Made by a program: the position numbers and the translations under genes. Below, piece after piece: positions 19,508 to 27,741 of a stretch of 64,000 nucleotides of DNA. The notes under the pieces were generated by a model. That model did not search any database. It worked only from the letters and a program-made list of their open reading frames with translations, and was not told where the DNA came from. Positions within the stretch are counted from its first letter, which is position 1; the number at the start of each line of letters is the position of its first letter. Source of the DNA: Oscillospiraceae bacterium (lineage in GTDB: Bacteria > Bacillota > Clostridia > Oscillospirales > Ruminococcaceae); contig JAUNJJ010000008.1 of NCBI GenBank assembly GCA_030533325.1, positions 9,219 through 73,218 on the forward strand. Direction: 5' to 3'.

Positions 19508-21701
19508 CTGAACAAATAACAAACAATCCCACCGAAACTGAGTTTTCAGAATCCGGCGGGATTGTTTTTATTTAATATGAAGTAATAATTGACAAATAAA
19601 TCATTCTGATGTATAATACTTTTATCAAATATTGAAAGGAAGTAGAAGATGGCAACGGTATTTCCGATAACGGTGAAATTAAACTTGGACTTGATCCGTT
19701 AAAAATAAAATCAGACGGAAAAACTTCTGACGCAGAGAGAATATTTGAACAGAAGTTAGATACAGACAGTGAAACATTCAGAGTAATAAACAGTGAAGAA
19801 AATCCATATAGATTATCAGTATCTGCGAAAGCATCCGGATATATAGGTGAATCTGTTAATGCAAACATAAGTTCATATTCAAATTATCTTCAGAATGAGG
19901 CAGTTGCAGGTGATATAATTGATATCGACTATGCGGATTCTTTTAAAATTGAAACACTGACAATAAGCTTTACTGTTTCTGAGAATGCAGCAGATTATTA
20001 CATATTCAGATATTTTGAGGATGTAAATATGCTTCTGCCGGTTGAAACCCAGTATGACGGAAACAGGGTATATACTGAGGCTGCAGAAGACGGAACGTAC
20101 TGTATTGTTGACATGGATAAGTGGATTGAAAATACGGCTGAAACAACAGAGGTACAAAGTGCAGGTGATGTTTATAATGCAGTTTATGCATCATCTGAAG
20201 CAAAATCGCTTGAAAGTCTGGAAGTATATTTTCTTATGTATATCAGAAGTTCAAGCATTGACAGTGCAAGAAGTTCTGTAGCAAATGCTTCAAGAGCAAT
20301 TATTGACTACTGTAACAGTACCGGCAGAGATGTGAGACTGTATTTTGCTGGATATACTGGTGCAACAGCAGTATCAAATGAAACAGGAAACTCATATGCA
20401 GACAATGCATCAACAGATGAAGAAATTCAGGAAATGCTAAGCGGAACAGATTCGGCAACAGGTTCGCTTGACACTACAAATTTTGACTATTCTCTTACAC
20501 GTGCATTAAAGAAGAGTCTTCTCGAGATATCCGGAACCAATGAAAACAGTAAGAAGTACTGTTTTGTAGTAGATGTGAATTTTGAACCGAAAAGTGCATC
20601 GAATGTTGCAGTTGTGGATGAGATGAAGAGTTATGGTGTCGATTTCAGTTTTATATGTAATGACCATAACAGTAATATTGTAAATTATGAAAGTCTTTCT
20701 TCAGATGGCACGCATATAAGATGGACTCCGGATTTTTCTGAGGTTATTACTGATAAAGTTTTAGGTGCTGTAGTAACATACAACGTAAATACAGGCTTAT
20801 GTAATAAAATTCCGTATAACGAGGCTTTAATAACATCAGAATGGAAAGATATCTATGAAAAATTCTATTCCGGAAAGCTTTCAATCGATGAGATAAAGAA
20901 ATTGGGACTGCCGGATACAGATGGAGACGGAAATCCGGACTGTCTTGAAATTTTCATGAAATATATTAGTTTTGATGAGAATGGAAATATAATACTGCCT
21001 GCATACGACGAGCTTGCGAGAGATACTATGGGAAACAGCAGGTTTGGATTAAAGGGACTGGATGAATTAGTCAGTATCATGAAGAAAAAAGGAATGAACA
21101 TCAGTGATTTACGCATTCTTCCGTTAATATCAAATCCTGCGTTTGAAGACAGTGATTTTGATGGAATACCGGATAGTACAGATAAAAGACCTTCTGAAGA
21201 AGATATTATCAGTGTTGATGATAATATTATAGACGACAGCAGAGTGTTCGAAAGTGATTATAAAACCATAAGTAATAATGCTGTTGATGGAAATGGCATT
21301 GCATCATCACACAGCGGAGACAAAAAGAACAATATTATTAAGTATGCAAGACTTATACGTGCGGACGGAAAAGCAACTTCAAAATTTTATATTGAGCCTG
21401 ACAATAACAGTGATTATCTTATAACAGTTGACACAGGAAAGTATGATGATTGTCAGATAAAGGTGTCTTATGAAAAGGGAATAATATTCAAGAAGGATGT
21501 AGCTGTTTCAGATATTGAACTGGATGAAGGAATCGAAGAAAAAGAGCAGAACGGAAACGTTATGCATAACAGAAAAGCGTATTCACTGGAAAAAGGGAAA
21601 AAATATAAGGTAATTGTAACGATAGCATCAACAGATTTTGCAGCTAATAACTATAGTGTTTCTTTTGAGCAGAATAACTGGGTTCATGCACCTAATGGAG
21701 G
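19508..21701 (+). repeat. 2.19-kb tandem duplication block B
   Basis: See block A; promoter TTGACA 19589-19594 / TATAAT 19612-19617, ribosome binding site, and ATG 19649 in the +1 frame as in copy A. Confidence 0.95.
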
Positions 21702-22269
21702 TATACAACATGTCGTTCCGTATAACTGTTATTTTCCAGTTGATAGAATGTTTATAGCTACGGACACTTTTAAGCTAGCATTACAAAAAAACCATAAAAT
21801 CATGATAGACGAAAATTCAGATACAGAAAGTCAAACGAAAGCTATTATGAAACAATTAGGCCTTGATGATGGTAAGAAAGTTCTTTTTGATAGTTTTCTT
21901 ACTGCTGTCGGTACTTGTATATCGGGAAGTGCTACTGCTGCTGCAATAGTTGATCCGGAACCTGGAACGAAAATAATAATTGCATGTATAGCGGATGGTA
22001 TAAATACATATTTTGTGGCTTCTTCAATAAAATCTACATTTGGATATTTTGAATCTAAAGATTTTGAAAATGCTTGCAATGAAGGCGATATTAACCTTAT
22101 ATTCACTAAAAAAGGGCAAGTAACATTTTTTCAAGATCTTTGGGATCCATGGAAAACCGCTCCGTATATAAGCAAATATGATACAGATTCAATGAATGGA
22201 AGAACAAAAAGAACAATTGATAAAAATATAACCGCTGAATCAGTTATAAGTTATTGTGGGTTAAAATGA
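19636..22269 (+). CDS. Polymorphic-toxin-like large protein, copy B (same N-terminal ~690 aa, different C-terminal ~190 aa)
   Basis: Open frame from the stop at 19633-35. Identical to copy A up to ...SFEQNNWV, then unrelated (HAPNGGIQHVVPYNCYF...). The C-terminal domain has a hydrophobic Gly/Ala-rich segment (AVGTCISGSATAAAIV...IIIACIADGI). Confidence 0.7.
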   Translation, partial: KEVEDGNGISDNGEIKLGLDPLKIKSDGKTSDAERIFEQKLDTDSETFRVINSEENPYRLSVSAKASGYIGESVNANISSYSNYLQNEAVAGDIIDIDYADSFKIETLTISFTVSENAADYYIFRYFEDVNMLLPVETQYDGNRVYTEAAEDGTYCIVDMDKWIENTAETTEVQSAGDVYNAVYASSEAKSLESLEVYFLMYIRSSSIDSARSSVANASRAIIDYCNSTGRDVRLYFAGYTGATAVSNETGNSYADNASTDEEIQEMLSGTDSATGSLDTTNFDYSLTRALKKSLLEISGTNENSKKYCFVVDVNFEPKSASNVAVVDEMKSYGVDFSFICNDHNSNIVNYESLSSDGTHIRWTPDFSEVITDKVLGAVVTYNVNTGLCNKIPYNEALITSEWKDIYEKFYSGKLSIDEIKKLGLPDTDGDGNPDCLEIFMKYISFDENGNIILPAYDELARDTMGNSRFGLKGLDELVSIMKKKGMNISDLRILPLISNPAFEDSDFDGIPDSTDKRPSEEDIISVDDNIIDDSRVFESDYKTISNNAVDGNGIASSHSGDKKNNIIKYARLIRADGKATSKFYIEPDNNSDYLITVDTGKYDDCQIKVSYEKGIIFKKDVAVSDIELDEGIEEKEQNGNVMHNRKAYSLEKGKKYKVIVTIASTDFAANNYSVSFEQNNWVHAPNGGIQHVVPYNCYFPVDRMFIATDTFKLALQKNHKIMIDENSDTESQTKAIMKQLGLDDGKKVLFDSFLTAVGTCISGSATAAAIVDPEPGTKIIIACIADGINTYFVASSIKSTFGYFESKDFENACNEGDINLIFTKKGQVTFFQDLWDPWKTAPYISKYDTDSMNGRTKRTIDKNITAESVISYCGLK

Positions 22270-22270
22270 T

Positions 22271-22558
22271 ATGATTAAGTTATTTGTTTGCTTGTTACTT
22301 AATGCAATTGATGTTTTTTACTTTAAAAATAAAAATAAAACGACACTCACATTTGTGCTGCTGGGTTTAGTTATATATTCTTTATATTTTTTTGAAGTTT
22401 CAAATGTTATATATTTAATCGATATTTATGTAGCAAGTTTGTTTTTATTGAATTGTTATTATTTGAGAAAGCAAAAGCAAAAAAAATTCGGTACATTAAC
22501 AGCATTAATGCAATTGCTGATAGTAATAATTATGGGAATAATAATAAAATTTACCTAA
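22271..22558 (+). CDS. Small multi-pass membrane protein, candidate immunity protein for copy B
   Basis: ATG 1 nt after the toxin-like stop (TGAtATG); 95 aa with 3 predicted transmembrane helices and a KQKQKK loop. Confidence 0.55.
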   Translation: MIKLFVCLLLNAIDVFYFKNKNKTTLTFVLLGLVIYSLYFFEVSNVIYLIDIYVASLFLLNCYYLRKQKQKKFGTLTALMQLLIVIIMGIIIKFT

Positions 22559-22564
22559 TAGGCT

Positions 22565-22667
22565 CTTCTGCACATTTGGTCGATTGTAAACTGTATTTAA
22601 TCTACGTTTTACTTGACAGCGGATTCCATTGGATGTGACTTTGTTGCAGAGAGGCAGTTGATGTTTG
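22565..22667. repeat. Conserved cassette-tail element (copy 2)
   Basis: About 85% identical to 15188..15290; runs directly into the hairpin element 22678..22724. Confidence 0.7.
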
Positions 22668-22739
22668 AACTGGAAGACTATCCCACCGAAACTGAATTTT
22701 CAGAATCCGGTGGGATTGTTTTTTGGCTTTTATTATTCC

Positions 22740-22815
22740 TAAGAATCATATCTTTTTATTCTGTATTTCAGATTTCTGCTGCTTGGTTTATCAGGAACAG
22801 TACGTTCAATCAGAC
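22740..22815 (-). pseudogene. 3'-terminal fragment of a Fic-family gene (about 25 codons plus stop), duplicate of the 3' end of 24490..25518
   Basis: The reverse-strand translation GLIERTVPDKPSSRNLKYRIKRYDS* matches the Fic C-terminus ..GVIERTVPDKPSSRNQKYRIRRYVSSE*. About 115 bp (22700..22815) is about 88% identical to 24458..24572. Confidence 0.75.
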
Positions 22816-22863
22816 CTTAAAATTATGGTATACTCGTAGTAAAATGCGTTTTTACCTGACACT

Positions 22864-22893
22864 TGACTTTTTCGCTTCTATTATAGTATAATT
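22864..22893 (+). promoter_or_regulatory. Promoter of the AAA+ ATPase gene, followed by two 17-bp direct repeats
   Basis: TTGACT-18-TATAAT. aaacctgcg(c/t)at(a/t)atgg occurs at 22898-22914 and 22966-22983. Confidence 0.45.
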
Positions 22894-22979
22894 ATCATAA
22901 ACCTGCGCATAATGGAATTTAGAATGCATTGTAAACATGCGTATTCGGGAATAAATCAGCAAATCAAAACCTGCGTATT

Positions 22980-24356
22980 ATGGAGAGAGGCATAATTATG
23001 ATACTGAAACGAAAAATGTACAACAAGCTGTTGACTCTCAAAAACGAGCTGTACGGCAAGAAAGCCTTTCTTATCGAAGGGGCAAGGCGTATCGGCAAGT
23101 CAACGATATGCGAGGAATTCGGCAAAAACGAATATAAGAGCTACATCCTCATAGACTTCGCCAAGTGTCCCAATGAGGTGAAGGACTATTTTGTCAAGCA
23201 CATGAACGACCTTGATACGTTTTTCATGCTGCTTTCTACCTACTACGGCGTGAAGCTGTATGACCGTGAGTCGCTTATCATCTTTGACGAGGTTCAGATG
23301 TACCCGAAAGCGAGGGAGTGCGTCAAGTACCTTGTTGCAGACGGAAGGTACGACTATATCGAAACAGGCTCGCTGATTTCGATTAAAGAGAACGTTAAGA
23401 ACATTGTAATTCCCTCGGAGGAGCGTCACATTAATATGTATCCGATGGATTTTGAGGAATTCTGCGATGCACTGGGTGAGGAACAGATATGCGGATATAT
23501 TCGCAAGTGCTTTGCCGACAGGATGCCTCTTGAAAACGAGCTGCACCACAAGGCTATGCTACTGTTCAAGCAGTATATGCTTGTGGGTGGTATGCCGCAG
23601 AGCGTAATTGCGTTCCTTGAAAGCCGAAAGGACTTTGACAGGGCAGACATTGAAAAGCGTGACATTCTCTCGTTGTACCGCAGTGACATTATGAAGATAG
23701 ATAGCAAGTACCGAAGCAAAGTTCTCACCATATTCGATCAGATACCGGGGCTGCTCTCTCAGCACGAAAAGCGTGTCGTTTTTAATGACGTTTCGGCTGG
23801 CAGTAAAGCCGATCAGTATGAGGAGACTTTCTTCTGGCTGTCTGATTCGATGATATCCAATGAGTGCTTTCTGTGCAATGACCCGAATGTAGGGTTGTCA
23901 ATCAACGAGAACAGAGCGTATGTGAAATGCTATCTCGGTGACACGGGTCTGCTCGTCAGCCATGCATTTGACGAGAATGAACTGCTTGAAGATGAGGTCT
24001 ACAAGCAGATTCTCGGTGACAAGCTGAACATGAACGAGGGTATGCTCTATGAGAACGCTATCGCTCAGATGTTGACAGCCAACGGTCACAAACTGTATTT
24101 CTATACGCAGTACAATGCTGAAAAGCACCGAAACGATATAGAGATAGACTTTCTCATCTCCAACAACAGCAAGCTGAAATACAAGATGTTCCCGATAGAA
24201 GTCAAGTCGGGTAAGAAGTATTCAATCGAATCGCTCAAACGCTTCAAGGAGAAATATAAAGCTCGGATTGGTGAATGCTATGTTATCCACCCACGCAATC
24301 TCTGCTTCAAAAATGACATCGTCTGCATACCGCCTTATATGACAATATGTCTATAA
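22980..24356 (+). CDS. AAA+ ATPase with DUF4143 C-terminal domain (COG1373-like)
   Basis: Walker A GARRIGKST and Walker B LIIFDEVQ. Overall architecture matches the widespread 'ATPase (AAA+ superfamily)' proteins. Alternative start at ATG 22998. Confidence 0.7.
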   Translation: MERGIIMILKRKMYNKLLTLKNELYGKKAFLIEGARRIGKSTICEEFGKNEYKSYILIDFAKCPNEVKDYFVKHMNDLDTFFMLLSTYYGVKLYDRESLIIFDEVQMYPKARECVKYLVADGRYDYIETGSLISIKENVKNIVIPSEERHINMYPMDFEEFCDALGEEQICGYIRKCFADRMPLENELHHKAMLLFKQYMLVGGMPQSVIAFLESRKDFDRADIEKRDILSLYRSDIMKIDSKYRSKVLTIFDQIPGLLSQHEKRVVFNDVSAGSKADQYEETFFWLSDSMISNECFLCNDPNVGLSINENRAYVKCYLGDTGLLVSHAFDENELLEDEVYKQILGDKLNMNEGMLYENAIAQMLTANGHKLYFYTQYNAEKHRNDIEIDFLISNNSKLKYKMFPIEVKSGKKYSIESLKRFKEKYKARIGECYVIHPRNLCFKNDIVCIPPYMTICL

Positions 24357-24489
24357 CCAAAACTATCTGTATTTCCTGATAAAGCGATTGTGCATGATTG
24401 ATTTTTAACCTCTCACATTTTCGTGTGGAGGTTTTAATTTGTGTAGAATAATTGGCTCCAGAATCCGGCGGGATTGTTTTTTACTTTTA

Positions 24490-25518
24490 TTATTCTGAAG
24501 AAACATATCTTCTGATTCTGTATTTCTGATTTCTGCTGCTTGGTTTATCAGGAACAGTACGTTCAATCACGCCTTTTTCCAGTGCAGGTGACAGATAATT
24601 TTTCCTGAAAGTAGGTTTATGTGATAATCCAAGTCTGCTCATAAGTTCAGAAGCAGAAAGTTCTGATGTTCCCAATGCAGATAAAAGTTTCGTAATGTTA
24701 TCAGTAACCTGGTCGGTATCCTGGTCGGTATCCTGGTCGCTGACCTGGTCGGTTGTAGTAACAGTGCTGTTCATGGTATCTGTTATCGTATCAAGCATAA
24801 ATTCTATAAATCTGGTTGAATCAGCAGCATCGTTGCAGTAATTAATGGTTTTATAGTATTCCTGTTGCTTTTTATAAATCATTGATTCTATTGGTAAAAA
24901 TGCAAAAACAGGATTCCAGCTGAAGAGAAGAAGAGTGTGCCAGAGCCTTCCTATTCGTCCGTTTCCGTCTGAAAAGGGATGAATCAACTCAAATTCATAA
25001 TGAAAAACACAGATTTTTATCAGCATATGAACATCACTTTCTTCAGTCCATTTCAGAAGGCTGACTACCATTTCCGGAACATAGTCAGGAAGTGTGCCGA
25101 AGTGGATAATCTGACCTGTGCTGCTGTCTGCGACTCCGACGGGATGATCACGAAATTCGCCAGCATTGTTTAAAAGACCTTTCATCATTACACCATGTGC
25201 ATTTAAAAGGTCATCACATGAAAACGGATTAAGAAGGTGCATGTTTTCGTATATTTCATATGCGTTTTTTACTTCTTTTATGTCTTTTGGAGGAGCCAGT
25301 ACGGTTTTTCCGTTTATCACATCTGTTATCTGTTCCAGAGTAAGACTGTTCTGTTCAATTGCAAGTGAGCCCTGAATTGTAAGTATTCTGTTTTTCCTGC
25401 GCAGAGTAGGGTTTCGTTCAAGGTTTGCTGATGCAGATATTTTCCCTGTAAGTTCTGCAATCCGGGCAACCTCTTCTATTATTTTGTTATTTATCTTAAA
25501 AGGCGGTGAATAGGACAT
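24490..25518 (-). CDS. Fic-family protein (AMPylation/Doc-like fold) with C-terminal winged-helix region
   Basis: Canonical Fic motif HPFSDGNGRIGRLWHTLLL; N-terminal Fic_N-like segment; internal 12-bp tandem repeats encoding a DQ(D/V)(S/T) repeat. Confidence 0.85.
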   Translation of the reverse strand: MSYSPPFKINNKIIEEVARIAELTGKISASANLERNPTLRRKNRILTIQGSLAIEQNSLTLEQITDVINGKTVLAPPKDIKEVKNAYEIYENMHLLNPFSCDDLLNAHGVMMKGLLNNAGEFRDHPVGVADSSTGQIIHFGTLPDYVPEMVVSLLKWTEESDVHMLIKICVFHYEFELIHPFSDGNGRIGRLWHTLLLFSWNPVFAFLPIESMIYKKQQEYYKTINYCNDAADSTRFIEFMLDTITDTMNSTVTTTDQVSDQDTDQDTDQVTDNITKLLSALGTSELSASELMSRLGLSHKPTFRKNYLSPALEKGVIERTVPDKPSSRNQKYRIRRYVSSE

Positions 25519-25739
25519 GTGAAACTCCTTTGAATTATAAAAATTATTATTATTATTACTGTATCATATTAAATTCAGATTTGCAACAGGATATCCAATC
25601 CTTGTGGAATTCAGGCAGATAGTATATTTCAAAGCACGATTATGTCTTTCGGACATAATTACATAGCGGTAAAACAGCACCTTTTGACAGGGTGCTGTTT
25701 TATGCATTAAATGGAAGTATTCATTTATTGTTCCCGCTA

Positions 25740-27368
25740 TCATATTCCATTCTGACGATTCTGCTTAAACTTCTGCTTATTTTCGTACATCATAGTATCT
25801 GCACGTTTCATAGTTGCGTCGAGATCTTCATCAATATTTTCATCATAAACTGCGTAACCCGCAGAAACGCTCATATTAACAACAAATTTTTTCCTGTTCA
25901 GCTCCCGGATTTTCTTCTGAATAATTCTGAGCTTGCTATCTATCTCGTTCTGACCTGTATACTGCATAAGTACACAGAATTCATCGCCACCTATTCGGTA
26001 ACATTTTCCATCTACTCCGAATGCCTCAGATATGATTTTTGATACAGATGAGATGTATATATCTCCGTTCTCATGTCCGAACTGATCATTGCATTTTTTC
26101 AGGTCATTAAGATCAAAAATGAAAACTGCAACAGGTATAATCTTCTTTTCCCCGGTATTTTTGTCCTCGATGACCAGCTTGTCCATATCTGCACGAAACG
26201 CTGTACGGTTAAAAACTCCGGTAAGTTCATCCGTAAATGCAAGATTCTTATAAATCTCTGCTTCGTTTGCACGTTCCTTGATTTTCTGTGACTCTTTTAC
26301 AATATTAGCAGCCATGATAACTACGTATATTATGAAGCAGAACATACCATAGCTGCTGTCTTTATTGAACAGTTTCAGGACCATTATCTCAAGAAGAGTC
26401 GCAGCCAGTATTATAATCAGACAAATAATGTTGATTCTGAGTCGCCTTGTTACTCTGTGCGTCACAAATTCCTTTACGCCTAAAACTATGCCAACTACAG
26501 CAAAAACTAAAATATATAACTGAGTTATCCATAAAGTCTCACGCATCTCTGCTATCCGGAATACATCTAAAACTGTTCTTATAATAACCAGTCCGACACC
26601 TGCATACTGAGTGATGTCCCACAGGATATTTTCCTTGTCAGTATATATCTGGCGAAGAAACTGAAGAAATGCAACAGGCATAAGCATCAGTGAATAATGA
26701 TTCAGCATAGTACACACAAGTGTACCGGGAAACAGGAGATCACATACTTTTGAATTAGTTGCTGCCCATACTGCAAGAAGTATGCTGAATACTGAAAAGA
26801 ATACCGGCGTCGAATCAGCATAATTCAGTTTAAGAATAAATACTGAATACAGCATCAGAATAATTCCGACAACAAGAATAATTACTGCAAGTGTCATTCT
26901 TAATCCGTAATCTGTAAATATTGCTTTATAGATATCAGAAGTTTCGCCAAAATACAGTATATCATCAGGAGATATATTTTTATAAGGTGATTTTTGATGA
27001 ATTACAATATTCTTACCTGCATCTTTATCACTGAGTTTGATAAAGTTCCATCTGTATCCGGTTGAGTGTGTTCTTGATTCATCAAAAGGACGGCATTCAT
27101 AGATTTTAACGCCATCAATAAAAACTTCTGAACTGAAATGAGATGTATTGTAAGCAAGATTCTTTCCCGTTACATCCATATCCGGCAGTGTGAATTCATA
27201 ATAGAAATTCCCTGATTTTTCTTCAAACTCCATATTGATTTTTACAGCACCGTCATACCTTGTCCTGTTCTCAAAAGAACATCCGAGCCCTGATCCGACA
27301 ATATATGCAAACAGAACAGACACTGCAAAAAACACGAGAAAAAAATAATCATATTTTTTCCTGTTCAT
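25740..27368 (-). CDS. Diguanylate cyclase with extracytoplasmic sensor plus 7TM module (7TMR-DISM-like) and C-terminal GGDEF domain
   Basis: Signal/transmembrane helix, ~150-aa extracellular domain, seven hydrophobic helices, then GGDEF with an intact active site (YRIGGDEFCVLM) and an I-site-like RxxD (KKCND). Confidence 0.8.
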   Translation of the reverse strand: MNRKKYDYFFLVFFAVSVLFAYIVGSGLGCSFENRTRYDGAVKINMEFEEKSGNFYYEFTLPDMDVTGKNLAYNTSHFSSEVFIDGVKIYECRPFDESRTHSTGYRWNFIKLSDKDAGKNIVIHQKSPYKNISPDDILYFGETSDIYKAIFTDYGLRMTLAVIILVVGIILMLYSVFILKLNYADSTPVFFSVFSILLAVWAATNSKVCDLLFPGTLVCTMLNHYSLMLMPVAFLQFLRQIYTDKENILWDITQYAGVGLVIIRTVLDVFRIAEMRETLWITQLYILVFAVVGIVLGVKEFVTHRVTRRLRINIICLIIILAATLLEIMVLKLFNKDSSYGMFCFIIYVVIMAANIVKESQKIKERANEAEIYKNLAFTDELTGVFNRTAFRADMDKLVIEDKNTGEKKIIPVAVFIFDLNDLKKCNDQFGHENGDIYISSVSKIISEAFGVDGKCYRIGGDEFCVLMQYTGQNEIDSKLRIIQKKIRELNRKKFVVNMSVSAGYAVYDENIDEDLDATMKRADTMMYENKQKFKQNRQNGI

Positions 27369-27741
27369 CTGATTTCTTCCTCCTGACCACTGCTGGTTTA
27401 TATTATGCTGTTTTATTGCAATAACTCCATAAATTTATATAAATTATACCATAAAATAATATTTACCGCAATGATTATTTCTATATTTTTCATTGCCGTG
27501 CACATCTGCTTACTTGGTTTGCTGCGTATGTATCGTCTAATATTAAACCGGTATGTTTGAATATCAAATACCTACAAAAATATATCAATTTAAAACAAGT
27601 ATTGATTCTTTTATTATGTTAAAATTAAGTCAATATAAAAATAAATATAAAGTCAGATTATACTGACTAAAAAATCTATTTTCATACCGCACGGACAGAG
27701 TGTGAAAAAATTCATTATCTTTATTTTCAGGAGGTTAAAAA

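Noticed and set aside
15649-22269. Assignment of the large proteins to Rhs/CDI/LXG/MAFB toxin families or to canonical dockerin proteins
   Set aside because: No YD repeats, no VENN/PxxxxDPxGL/LXG/WXG motifs and no signal peptide. The two EF-hand-like loops are about 80 residues apart, unlike the ~30-residue spacing of a dockerin pair.
22613-22891. 92-aa plus-strand ORF after the small TM gene
   Set aside because: It spans the hairpin terminator and the antisense of the Fic 3' fragment; there is no ribosome binding site.
15537-24482. CRISPR array formed by the four hairpin repeats
   Set aside because: The repeats are 3987, 3154 and 1780 bp apart with whole genes between them, and one copy is partial. 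They behave as terminators at cassette ends, not as CRISPR repeats, and there are no cas genes.
11698-25620. Transposase, integrase or insertion-sequence boundaries explaining the island
   Set aside because: No transposase, recombinase or integrase ORF, no terminal inverted repeats and no flanking tRNA were found in the window. The mobility signals seen are homologous repeats only.
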